Shown: one piece after another, positions 1 to 8,495 of the stretch
How the letters are laid out: each line of letters starts with the position of its first letter
How positions within the stretch are numbered: the first letter of the stretch is position 1
Assembly (NCBI GenBank): GCA_945892985.1
Contig: CAMDDU010000003.1
Location: forward strand, 62,060-126,059
DNA: 64,000 bases
Direction of reading: 5' to 3'
Origin: Bordetella parapertussis
GTDB lineage: Bacteria; Pseudomonadota; Gammaproteobacteria; Burkholderiales; SG8-39
Notes under the pieces: generated by a model
What the model was told of the DNA's origin: nothing
The model's input: the letters and a program-made list of their open reading frames with translations, nothing else
The model's database searches: none
Position numbers and translations under genes: made by a program

Positions 1-222
1 CTCGAACCGGCCGGCAAAGCAGAATCCCTTGGCATGCGAAGCACGCGCCTTGTGTTTGCCGAATACACCGTTGAGCGTGTCGACGAGTTCGGTCGGCGTG
101 GTTTGGTCCATTGCCGGTTTAGCGGCCATGTTGTCGGCGTTCATGGAAGCGCAACCGGCCGCAGAGCCGGCGAAACCGATGATCAGAAGCTTGCGTAGGG
201 TGCGTTGTTTGATGCCTTGCAT
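1..222 (-). CDS. Catalase-related (SrpA-like) heme peroxidase, probable lipoprotein; 5' part only, runs off the window start
   Basis: Not in the ORF track. Manual translation from ATG 222 (GGAG upstream): MQGIKQRTLRKLLIIGFAGSAAGC...LVDTLNGVFGKHKARASHAKGFCFAGRFE, with a lipobox-like AAGC and the catalase R-x-x-H-A-K-G motif. Confidence 0.8.
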   Translation of the reverse strand, partial: MQGIKQRTLRKLLIIGFAGSAAGCASMNADNMAAKPAMDQTTPTELVDTLNGVFGKHKARASHAKGFCFAGRFE

Positions 223-379
223 GTGAGGTCTCCCGTGTTGATTGGTATAGGCCCGGGTCCGTGGTGGACGAAGACAGGCTGGTTGCGTAATCGGGCGGCG
301 CACGAAATGGCAACTGGGAGGTAGTCGGATCACGCTGTAATTCCTTACAGCGCCGGCGGCACGTCCTGCGCGCAACACG

Positions 380-576
380 CCGGTCCAGTTGCGCCGGTGG
401 GCACTTGACGCTGCCGTAGGAGCAGAACACACAGCAATCGCCCGCCAGCGGCCGCGGCAGTTTGTGGCAGGTCTTGCAATCAAAAAAACGCAGGCGTCGG
501 TGGGCATTTCCTCCACCGCGGTGGCGCCGCAAGCGGGGCAGGTCACAAGCACCGCGAGTTTGCATTCGCCGATCAT
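380..576 (-). pseudogene. GDCCVxC-domain small Cys-rich protein, frameshifted
   Basis: One frame from ATG 576 gives MIGECKLAVLVTCPACGATAVEEMPTDACVF; after the T7 run (A482-488 on +) another frame gives DCKTCHKLPRPLAGDCCVFCSYGSVKCPP. The 3' end is approximate. Confidence 0.75.
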
Positions 577-623
577 CACCTTGGCGCGAGCGAGTACATC
601 TTCGCGAGCGGGGGTCACCAGGC

Positions 624-701
624 GACTAAGGTCGCCATTGAGCGGCCGGGCAGGCGTGCGAAACCCGCTTGCGCAGGTCCGTCCCCAATGGCCGGTTAGC
701 C
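624..701 (-). mobile_element. Integron attC site (degenerate R') downstream of the deaminase gene
   Basis: Minus strand GGCTAAC-CGG-CCATTGGG...CTCAATGG-CGAC-CTTAGTC: R'' box, inverted L boxes, central hairpin; R' reads CTTAGTC rather than GTTRRRY. Confidence 0.75.
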
Positions 702-735
702 GTCATTTATGAGTGCCGGTCTCTTCTACCTGATG

Positions 736-1191
736 CTACGGCCTTGGTTGGCCGGCGTCGTTTAGTCTTTCACCGTAAATCATTCGTGCAACTTGCGCTT
801 CGGCGGCAGCAGTCTCGCACTGAGGGCATGGTCGAGAGGTGGAGTAGAGGACGCTGCCAGCAAGACTCGTACGGCCTAGGAGTCGCTGTGCATCGCGAAT
901 TGCCTCTCGTTCAGCGTGAGCGGTTGGATCGCCGCGCTTGACTACGCGACTTGGACCTTCGCCAATGATCGCCCCATCCGCCACCAAGACTGCGCCGTAG
1001 GCCTGATCACCCCATGACTCAGCAAGCCGTTTCATCGACTCTGCGGCTTCAATCCAGCGTCGTTCCGGTTTGGATGGTGCATCCGAGCGCTCCGCAGATG
1101 AGGCAAGGCGCCAAACGAACATAAGAGCCACAGCAGCGACCGCTCGAGCCAAACCGTTGCGACGGGAGCGACTGAAAGGCGAGGTGGTCAT
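736..1191 (-). CDS. Zn-dependent nucleoside/nucleobase deaminase (CDA/TadA fold) with a Tat-like signal peptide; integron cassette gene
   Basis: HAEREAI and SRPCPQC motifs; N-terminal SRRNGL plus hydrophobic stretch ending ASSA; AGGAG RBS. Confidence 0.88.
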   Translation of the reverse strand: MTTSPFSRSRRNGLARAVAAVALMFVWRLASSAERSDAPSKPERRWIEAAESMKRLAESWGDQAYGAVLVADGAIIGEGPSRVVKRGDPTAHAEREAIRDAQRLLGRTSLAGSVLYSTSRPCPQCETAAAEAQVARMIYGERLNDAGQPRP

Positions 1192-1206
1192 CGAGCGTCT
1201 CCTGAC

Positions 1207-1293
1207 GGCTAACGTTAAAGCTGCCCGGCGCGCAGCATACGCCGCGAAGCGGCATTCTGCGGCTGTGTGTCCGCGCCGAGTGAAATGTTATGT
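1207..1293 (-). mobile_element. Integron attC site upstream of the deaminase cassette
   Basis: Minus strand ACATAAC-ATTTCACTCGGCGCGGAC...GCCGCTTCGCGGC...GCGCGCCGGGCAGCTTTAAC-GTTAGCC; 87 bp imperfect palindrome with AAC/GTT ends. Confidence 0.75.
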
Positions 1294-1306
1294 TCCTTGC
1301 ATGGCA

Positions 1307-2395
1307 CTAGCCGATCGCCGCGTTCACCCGCGGCATGACTTCTTCGGCCATCAGCGTCATCGAGCGCTTGGCGAGAGCCGGGTCCATCCAGTCATGGCAG
1401 GGGTAGAGCAGGGTGCCGAAGTCGCCCACTTGTTCGCGAAAGGCGAGGATCTGGTCGACCACGCTGTTGACCGTGCCGGTGACGACCAGTTTTTCGGTGA
1501 CGTACTCGGTGGTGATCTTGGAGTCGGGCTCGCTCTGGTCGGCCTTGAACAGGTTGGAACGGCCGGCAAAACCGACGAGCTTGCGCACCAGTTGCTTGAA
1601 GTAGAAATGGTAGGGGCCTTCGGGGGAATGGCCGTAGCGCTTGGCGGTGGCTTCGTCGTCGGCGACAAAAATGGATTTCGCCACGCGCCATTCGGAGGTG
1701 TTGGCTTTTGCGCCCACGGCTTCGCGGCCCTCGGCGTACTTGGGCCAGTGCGAGGCCACCCACTGGGGCAGCAGGAAGTTGGCCGAGATCGGCTGCCAGC
1801 CGCGCTTGGCCGCTTCGGTCACGCCCTTGGAAAAGGGGGCGACCGCGGTCACGACGATCTGCGGGTGCGGCGACTGGTAGGGCTTGAGAATGGTGCCCTG
1901 GCCGATTTCCGGGATCATGGTCTTTTCAGTGGTCACGGAAAAATGCTTGCCGATCAGCTTGTAAGGCCCCTCATTTTTCCAGATCTCGAGCACCATGTTG
2001 ATGCTCTCGAGGAACATCTCGTTGCGGTCCTTGCCGAAGTTGCCGAACACCTCGGCGTCGGACATCAGGCCGCCGGGGCTGATGCCCATGATGAAGCGGC
2101 CCTTGAGCATGTGATCGAGCATGGCCACCTGTGCCGCAATGGCCGCCGGATGCGAGTTGGGCATGTTGATGGTGCCGGTGCCCAGCATGATCTGCTTGGT
2201 TTCGTGCACCAGGCTAGACAGGAACATCATGCAGGAGGTTACATTCTCGGCGAGGTCGGTGACGTGCTCGCCAACGTAGGCTTCGCAAAAGCCGAGCTTG
2301 TCGGCGAGCAGGATGGCCTCGCGATCCTCGATCAGCGTCTCCCAGGCTTTGCGTCCGGGCGGGTGCAGCGGCATCATGAATGTTCCGAGCTTCAT
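1307..2395 (-). CDS. LLM-class (luciferase-like) flavin-dependent monooxygenase
   Basis: MKLGTFMMPLHPP, AYVGEH, IMLGTG and LDHMLKGRFIMGISPG motifs; GGAG RBS. Confidence 0.9.
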   Translation of the reverse strand: MKLGTFMMPLHPPGRKAWETLIEDREAILLADKLGFCEAYVGEHVTDLAENVTSCMMFLSSLVHETKQIMLGTGTINMPNSHPAAIAAQVAMLDHMLKGRFIMGISPGGLMSDAEVFGNFGKDRNEMFLESINMVLEIWKNEGPYKLIGKHFSVTTEKTMIPEIGQGTILKPYQSPHPQIVVTAVAPFSKGVTEAAKRGWQPISANFLLPQWVASHWPKYAEGREAVGAKANTSEWRVAKSIFVADDEATAKRYGHSPEGPYHFYFKQLVRKLVGFAGRSNLFKADQSEPDSKITTEYVTEKLVVTGTVNSVVDQILAFREQVGDFGTLLYPCHDWMDPALAKRSMTLMAEEVMPRVNAAIG

Positions 2396-2440
2396 TGTTT
2401 TCTCCGGTCTGTTGCTTTTTGGGTTGGCGTGGTAATTGGT

Positions 2441-3442
2441 TCAGGTGAGCGGATCTGGCGACACCAGTCCGCCGCTCTCGACCGAGCGGTTGACCGCTTC
2501 CAGGGTCAGCACATTGGCGAGCATCTCGTCGGTTCTGACCGGGTAGGCCGCCCCGCCCATGGCCGCGGTGGCAAAGGCTTCGAGGTTGGCGCGCACCGCC
2601 GGGTGCGGTGGGAAAAAGCGCATTTCCGGCGTGCCGTTGCGGTGGCATACGCCGACGTCCCAGCCGGTGGGCAGTTCCGGGTGGGTGCGGTCGCGGATTT
2701 CCATCCAGCCCTTGGAGCCGTACACGGCAAAGCGGCCGACAAACGGCGTGGCGAGCATGGCGCTCAGCAGCGCATTCGCGCCGCCGGGAAAGCCCAGCAT
2801 GATGCCCAGGGTGTCGCCATTGGCGAAGTTGCTGCCGCGTGTGGACAGGCGCGCCCACACCGATTGGGGCAACCCGAGGCAGGCGATGGAAAGATCGACC
2901 AGATGGATGCCGGTTCCGGTGAGCGGGCCGTTGGGCGCGAGAACCGGTGACAGGCGCCAGTTGTCAGGCGGCAGGGCGAGGAATTTGTCCTGGCTGAAAT
3001 TGGCCTCGATTTGCAGGATCTCGCCGAACTCGCCGGCCTTGAAGCGCTGGCGCAACTCGATCATGGCCGGCTCGAAGCGGCGTTCGTGGCCTATGCCCAG
3101 CGTGACGCCGGCCTTTTTGACGGCAGCGATCGCGCGCCTGACGTCCTCGCCAGTCAGGCACAGGGGTTTTTCGCAAAACACGTGCTTGCCGGCGCGTGCC
3201 GCCTGCTCGATCTGTTCGGCATGGAAGCGGTGCGGGGTGCATAGCACCACGGCGTCGACATCCGGCGCCTGCAGGGCCGCGTCGAAACTTTCCGAGGCGC
3301 GCATGCCCAGGGCGGCCGCGGCATCGCGTCCGGCCGGGTCGGGGTCGACGCCCACAAGGGGGCGGATGACGCTGCTCGTGGCGAGGTCGCGGGCGATGGT
3401 GCGGCCCCACCAGCCCATTCCGATAATGGCTGCGCGAATCAT
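2441..3442 (-). CDS. Gfo/Idh/MocA family oxidoreductase
   Basis: GMGWWG Rossmann motif, GKHVFCEKP, GIHLVD. Confidence 0.92.
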   Translation of the reverse strand: MIRAAIIGMGWWGRTIARDLATSSVIRPLVGVDPDPAGRDAAAALGMRASESFDAALQAPDVDAVVLCTPHRFHAEQIEQAARAGKHVFCEKPLCLTGEDVRRAIAAVKKAGVTLGIGHERRFEPAMIELRQRFKAGEFGEILQIEANFSQDKFLALPPDNWRLSPVLAPNGPLTGTGIHLVDLSIACLGLPQSVWARLSTRGSNFANGDTLGIMLGFPGGANALLSAMLATPFVGRFAVYGSKGWMEIRDRTHPELPTGWDVGVCHRNGTPEMRFFPPHPAVRANLEAFATAAMGGAAYPVRTDEMLANVLTLEAVNRSVESGGLVSPDPLT

Positions 3443-3624
3443 ACTTTTAGTCCGTGTCTGTTCAATGTCGAAGCGGTGTGCATGGCGTCCTCCTGGGTCC
3501 GGATTTGGTCCGGGTTGCGGGTCCTTGGCGCGATGCCGGCGACCCTGTGATTTGGCGCCAATACTAGCTATAATTTATCAATTGCTCAATAAAAAAACGC
3601 AGCTTCTCAAGGAGAGTGGGTAAC

Positions 3625-4596
3625 ATGAAAAAAACAGCACGCGGCAGCGCAGCAAAGGGTAGCGTCGCAGTCATAGGCCTGGGGATCATGGGCTCGTCCA
3701 TAGCGGCCAACCTTGTCAAGGCGGGTTTTCGTGTGCGCGGTTACGACGTCGTCGCGGCACGGCGCAACGCGCTCGTTCGGGCGGGCGGCACTGCGGCCGC
3801 GAGCGTGGCCGAGGCGGTAAAGGGGTGCACCCGTGTCATCACCTCGCTGCCCAGCCCGGGGGCGCTTGACGCCGTCGCCGAGCAACTGGCCGGGCATGCC
3901 GGGCGTTCCACTGTGGTGGCCGAGGTCAGCACCCTGACGATTGCGGACAAGGAGCGGGTGCGGGCGCGGCTCGCCGGCAGCGGGATTGAATTGCTCGACT
4001 GTCCGCTCTCGGGCACAGGCGCGCAGGCCAGGGTCGGCGACCTCGCGGTCTACGCCAGTGGTTCGCCGGCGGCGATCCGTCGCATGAAACCGGTGTTCGC
4101 AGGGTTTGCGCGCGTGCAATACGACTTGGGCACCTTCAGCAACGGCATGAAAATGAAGCTCGTGGCCAATCTTCTGGTGGCCATCCACAATGTCTCTGCA
4201 GCCGAGGCCGTCCTGCTGGGCACACGCTCGGGGCTGGACGCCGACACCATTGTGCGGGTGGTTGCCGACGGCGCCGGTGGTTCGCGCATGCTGCAGGTGC
4301 GCGGCCCGATGATGGCGCGGCGCAATTACCTGCCGGCGACCATGAAAATGGAAGTCTGGCAAAAAGACATGGCCATCATCGCCGGCCTGCTCAAGGAAGT
4401 GGGTGCCGCGGCGCCGCTCTTTACCGCGACGGTACCCATTTACGACGCCGCCATGGCGCTGGGCATGGAGGAGCAGGACACCGGCGGCGTGCTCGCTGTG
4501 CTCGAGCGCTGGTCTTCTCCGGCGGCAAAGCCCGCACGTCCCGCACGTATCGGGCGGGTCGCACGTCCGGCGCGTCCGGCCAAGCGTAAAAAGTAA
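3625..4596 (+). CDS. NAD(P)-dependent beta-hydroxyacid dehydrogenase (3-hydroxyisobutyrate/6PGD family) with a basic C-terminal tail
   Basis: IGLGIMG, DCPLSG, MKLVAN motifs; AAGGAG upstream. Confidence 0.88.
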   Translation: MKKTARGSAAKGSVAVIGLGIMGSSIAANLVKAGFRVRGYDVVAARRNALVRAGGTAAASVAEAVKGCTRVITSLPSPGALDAVAEQLAGHAGRSTVVAEVSTLTIADKERVRARLAGSGIELLDCPLSGTGAQARVGDLAVYASGSPAAIRRMKPVFAGFARVQYDLGTFSNGMKMKLVANLLVAIHNVSAAEAVLLGTRSGLDADTIVRVVADGAGGSRMLQVRGPMMARRNYLPATMKMEVWQKDMAIIAGLLKEVGAAAPLFTATVPIYDAAMALGMEEQDTGGVLAVLERWSSPAAKPARPARIGRVARPARPAKRKK

Positions 4597-4730
4597 AAAA
4601 TAAGCGTCGGTAGCTGCAGCGGGGCTGCCGCCCGGCGCAGGGTGATTGCCTTAAAACCCGCGCCAGGCTTGGCTTTTCAGGTGATTGCCATGTACGATTT
4701 GCGTCGATTATCCGGGCAATCGGCGAGGAC

Positions 4731-5849
4731 GTGAGTACGATGACATTCCGATATCTAATGAGGGTCGCTGCGGCGACTGCGCTCGTATGCCTGGCGGCAG
4801 CGTCGCCGGCGCGTGCCCACGATTGCGCCGGGATCGCCGAGGACGCGAAACGGCTGCTCTGCTATGACGCGGCGTTCGGTCGTGCGGCGCCCACATTGCC
4901 TGCAATGCCTTCGGGGGCCGTGGCCCGGCCGACTTCGGGCGCACCTCCCGCAACGCCGGCAACGCCCGCACAGGCGGCTTCCGCTGCGGCGGTCGCCGAG
5001 GCTGAAAAAGCACGCCTCAAGGCCGATGCGAAAAAGGGCCGAAGCCTGGTCGAGGCCTGGGACCTCGATCCGGACACCGCGCTCGCCCCGTTTGAGTTAC
5101 GGGCTTACAAGCCGATGTACCTGCAGATCCTGTCGCATACCAACAAGGTCAACGGCCAGCCTTCCTCGGCGCAAGCGGCCAACAACGTGGTGACGCCGCT
5201 GGACCTCCAATCCAACGAATTGCAATTCCAATTGAGCGTCAAGACCAAGGCCTGGGACCGGATCCTGGGTAACAACGGCAGCCTGTGGCTAGGCTACACC
5301 CAGACCTCGCGCTGGCAGGCGTACAACGCTTCCAACTCGAGGCCGTTCCGGGAAACCAATTACGAGCCCGAGGCGATGTTCGTGCTCAATACGCCCGGCA
5401 ATATCGCCGGCTGGCAGTCGCGCATGAGCAGTGTCAGCCTCACCCACCAGTCCAACGGCCAATCCAGTCCGCTGTCGCGCAGCTGGAATCGTGTGATCGG
5501 CCAGTGGGGCCTGGAAAAAGACAACACCACCCTGCTGATACGGCCCTGGTGGCGCATTCCGGAAAAAGCGGCGCGCGATGACAACCCGGGTATCGAAAAT
5601 TTTGTCGGTCGCGGTGAACTGGTGCTGGCCCATCGCATGGGCGAGCACGTGGTTTCATTTCAGGGGCGCCACGCACTGCGCACAGGCGAGAACGCGCGCG
5701 GTTCTGCGAAGATCGATTGGGCCATTCCAATGGCCGGTTACCTCAAGGCCCACCTGTCGCTTTTTTCTGGTTACGGGGAGAGCCTCGTCGACTACAACCA
5801 CCGCCAGACGCGCATCGGCTTGGGGGTGTCGCTGGTTGAGTGGCGCTAA
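4731..5849 (+). CDS. pldA: Outer membrane phospholipase A
   Basis: Signal peptide, FQLSVK, PFRETNYEPE, catalytic HQSNG, SRSWNR, GYGESLVDYN. Confidence 0.93.
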   Translation: MSTMTFRYLMRVAAATALVCLAAASPARAHDCAGIAEDAKRLLCYDAAFGRAAPTLPAMPSGAVARPTSGAPPATPATPAQAASAAAVAEAEKARLKADAKKGRSLVEAWDLDPDTALAPFELRAYKPMYLQILSHTNKVNGQPSSAQAANNVVTPLDLQSNELQFQLSVKTKAWDRILGNNGSLWLGYTQTSRWQAYNASNSRPFRETNYEPEAMFVLNTPGNIAGWQSRMSSVSLTHQSNGQSSPLSRSWNRVIGQWGLEKDNTTLLIRPWWRIPEKAARDDNPGIENFVGRGELVLAHRMGEHVVSFQGRHALRTGENARGSAKIDWAIPMAGYLKAHLSLFSGYGESLVDYNHRQTRIGLGVSLVEWR

Positions 5850-5858
5850 GCGGGGCGT

Positions 5859-6581
5859 CTAGGCACGGCCCGCGCGGCTGCGTGCGCAGCGCGGCTTCGC
5901 GGCGGTGGCTCTGCCGCCCAGCAGCCCCGGATAGACCGAAGGCGCTCCCGCCAGGAATGCGCTGATGGCGTGGCCGGCGCTGGCGGCAAAGTCCTGCTCG
6001 ACCGGCGCACGGTAGATAAAGCGGCGGATGGCGTAATAGAACATGCCGCCGTGCAGTTTCCAGACGAACTCGATTTCGGCCCGCGTCACCGGTTCGGTGC
6101 TTTTTACCCGGCAATGCTGTCGCAATTCAAGGCAGATCGCCACCAGCAGGCGGCGCTGGATGAGGCCGATGTAGCGGCGGTTGAAGCCGGTGTCGGCAAG
6201 CCCCGCGTACATGTAGATGCGTATCCATTCGGGCCGGTAAGTGGCCTTGGCGTAGTCCTGGTAGAAGCCGAGCAGCCTGTCATGCAGTGGTTGGGTGCGG
6301 TCTTGTATGCGCTGCAGCCATTGCGCATCCCAGCGGCCGAGAAAGACCTCCTTGAACACGCGCTCGATCAGGGCCTGCTTGGACGGGAAGTAGCGGTACA
6401 GCAGCGGCTGGGTGACGCCCAGTTGGCGCGACAGTTCACGCGTCTGGCCCGAGAACCCCACCTCTGAGAAGTAGGCGATGGCGCCGTCGACGATTTTGCG
6501 TTCGCGTGCTTCCGGGCTGAGGCGGCTTTGCGATGGTTTGCGTGCCACAGGTTTGCTTTTCTTTGCTGAAGGGGAGGGCAC
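5859..6581 (-). CDS. TetR/AcrR family transcriptional regulator
   Basis: HTH motif TRELSRQLGVTQPLLYRYFPSK. Confidence 0.92.
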   Translation of the reverse strand: MPSPSAKKSKPVARKPSQSRLSPEARERKIVDGAIAYFSEVGFSGQTRELSRQLGVTQPLLYRYFPSKQALIERVFKEVFLGRWDAQWLQRIQDRTQPLHDRLLGFYQDYAKATYRPEWIRIYMYAGLADTGFNRRYIGLIQRRLLVAICLELRQHCRVKSTEPVTRAEIEFVWKLHGGMFYYAIRRFIYRAPVEQDFAASAGHAISAFLAGAPSVYPGLLGGRATAAKPRCARSRAGRA

Positions 6582-6776
6582 GGGGGAGACCGATCACGGA
6601 TCAAGGCGGGCAGATTTTCTTTCGGATGATGCTAGCATGTGCATGTCCGCAGTAACAATGCGAAGCATAGCAACGGGTGCCGCTGCCATCACGATTTTTT
6701 TCATGGCGGTGGCGCGATTTAACCCGGCGTTCGATAAAATACGCCTCCACACCTTCCATTCATCTAGGGTCCGCAC

Positions 6777-8027
6777 ATGAACAAACTTTCCTCCGGTGGA
6801 GCATCGCGCGCCGATCAGACGCTGGCCCTTAACATGAAGTTGCTGGCGCACCACGAGCTGGCTGGTTTCGGCGGGCTGGGCGAGGGCATATCCATGCAGC
6901 TTACCGGCGACGGCCGCCGCATCCTGTGGCTGGCGCACGAGGCTGCGCCGAAAAACTTCACCGGTGTCGATGTGACGGACCCGCGCAATCCCAAGCTGGT
7001 GGTGCAGACCGACCTGCCGCATATGCGCGTGCGTTCCAATTCGCTCGATGTGGTGGGCAACATCATGGCGGTGGCCTACCAGACGAAGGAGGCCGGCCTC
7101 AAACCGGCCGGCTTCGATCTGTTCGATATCAGCGTGCCCGAGTCGCCCAAACTCATTTCGCACTTTGACTGCTCCGGGCCGCATTCGCGCGGCGTGCATG
7201 CGCTGTGGTTTGTCGACGGCAAGTACGTGCATATGGCCTCGGGCGCGCCCGATTTTCAGCCGCGCAATCCGCTTGACGACCAGATTTACCGCATTGTCGA
7301 TGTCTCCAATCCGTCCAAGCCGGTCGAGGCCGGCCGCTGGTGGCTGCCTGGCACGCGCGAGGGGGACGAGGCACCACCGCCGCCGCGCCTGGCCGCGCCC
7401 TTCGACATGGGCTTTCGCGCCCACAACACCAACGTCTTTCCCGAGCGCCCCGACCGCGCCTATGTCGGCTACATCGACGGCGGCGCGCTGATCCTCGATA
7501 TCAGCGACATGAACAACATCAGGCTGGTGTCGCGCTGGAGTTATTCACCGCCATTCAACGGTTTTACGCACACCGTGCTGCCGCTGTTCAGCCGCGACCT
7601 GCTGATCGTCAGCGACGAGTGCGTGCTCGATGACGGCGCCGACTGGCCCAAGCTCGCCTGGGTGGTGGACGCGCGGCTTGAAACCAACCTCGTACCCATC
7701 GGCACTTTTCCCGCGCCGCCCTACGAGGCTTTTGCCAAGCGTGGCGGACGCTTCGGCGCCCATAACGTGCACGAGAACATCCCGGTATCAACTTCGTTCA
7801 AGTCGGACTCCATCATCATCGGCACCTTTTTCAACGCCGGCGTGCGTGCTTATGACGTGTCCAATCCCTACCAGGTGCAGGAGATTGCTTATTACGTGCC
7901 CGGTGCGCCCAAGCTATCGCCGGCTGGCGCCGTGCAACTTAACGACATCTACGTCGACGAGAACCGCATCGTTTACACGGTGGATCGTTTCACCGGCGGC
8001 TTGTACATACTGGAAATGACGATCTGA
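6777..8027 (+). CDS. LVIVD-repeat (beta-propeller) protein
   Basis: Repeated VDVTDPRNP/FDISVPESP/VDVSNPSKP/LDISD/YDVSNP units; His motifs GVH, AHN, THT. Confidence 0.85.
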   Translation: MNKLSSGGASRADQTLALNMKLLAHHELAGFGGLGEGISMQLTGDGRRILWLAHEAAPKNFTGVDVTDPRNPKLVVQTDLPHMRVRSNSLDVVGNIMAVAYQTKEAGLKPAGFDLFDISVPESPKLISHFDCSGPHSRGVHALWFVDGKYVHMASGAPDFQPRNPLDDQIYRIVDVSNPSKPVEAGRWWLPGTREGDEAPPPPRLAAPFDMGFRAHNTNVFPERPDRAYVGYIDGGALILDISDMNNIRLVSRWSYSPPFNGFTHTVLPLFSRDLLIVSDECVLDDGADWPKLAWVVDARLETNLVPIGTFPAPPYEAFAKRGGRFGAHNVHENIPVSTSFKSDSIIIGTFFNAGVRAYDVSNPYQVQEIAYYVPGAPKLSPAGAVQLNDIYVDENRIVYTVDRFTGGLYILEMTI

Positions 8028-8038
8028 CATCAATACTT

Positions 8039-8167
8039 GTCATTGCGAGCGCAGCGAAGCAATCTCATCACCATTCACCATTGTGACTGGCGATTCAATG
8101 CCACAAGATTGCCGCGTCCCCTCCGGGGATTAGCTGCGGGGCATCGGCTTCGCCTCCTCGCAATGAC
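8039..8167. repeat. REP/MITE-like palindromic element, copy 1
   Basis: Terminal inverted repeat GTCATTGCGAG...CTCGCAATGAC with inner GCAATC/GATTGC arms. Confidence 0.8.
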
Positions 8168-8189
8168 CGACGGCAATAGGCTGGAAAGC

Positions 8190-8283
8190 ATCGCCAGTTC
8201 GTCAGCCAAGGCCTGGTCGAAAACCTGCAGCGCCTGCGCCGTCACCGGCAGCGTGACGCCGTGGCTGGCCGCCTCGGCCACCT
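8190..8283 (-). pseudogene. Diverged duplicate fragment from near the 3' end of the 8496-9404 dehydrogenase
   Basis: Encodes VAEAASHGVTLPVTAQALQVFDQA, matching 8542-8637 with a few substitutions and a 1-bp deletion. Confidence 0.88.
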
Positions 8284-8336
8284 CGTTTCACCGGCGGCTT
8301 GTACATAATGGAAATGACGATCTGACATCAATACTT

Positions 8337-8465
8337 GTCATTGCGAGCGCAGCGAAGCAATCTCATCACCATTCACCATTGTGACTGGCGATTCAATGCC
8401 ACAAGATTGCCGCGTCCCCTTCGGGGATTACCTGCGGGGCATCGGCTTCGCCTCCTCGCAATGAC
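8337..8465. repeat. REP/MITE-like palindromic element, copy 2
   Basis: Same GTCATTGCGAG...CTCGCAATGAC ends as 8039-8167. Confidence 0.8.
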
Positions 8466-8495
8466 GACGGGGGCGGACGTGGTTTTTTAAGCCTT

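Larger units (their letters stand above)
7985..8465 (+). repeat. 183-bp direct repeat (7985-8167 and 8283-8465) carrying the LVIVD gene 3' end and a REP-like element
   Basis: Both copies start TCGTTTCACCGGCGG and end CTCGCAATGAC; I count 3 substitutions between them. Confidence 0.92.

Noticed and set aside
1070..2950. 626-aa plus-strand ORF
   Set aside because: Antisense shadow of the LLM and Gfo genes with no motifs; typical of high-GC DNA. The same applies to most other overlapping ORFs in the track.
8037..8384. 115-aa and 68-aa ORFs across the duplication
   Set aside because: They are translations of the palindromic element and the duplicated gene fragment, not independent genes.
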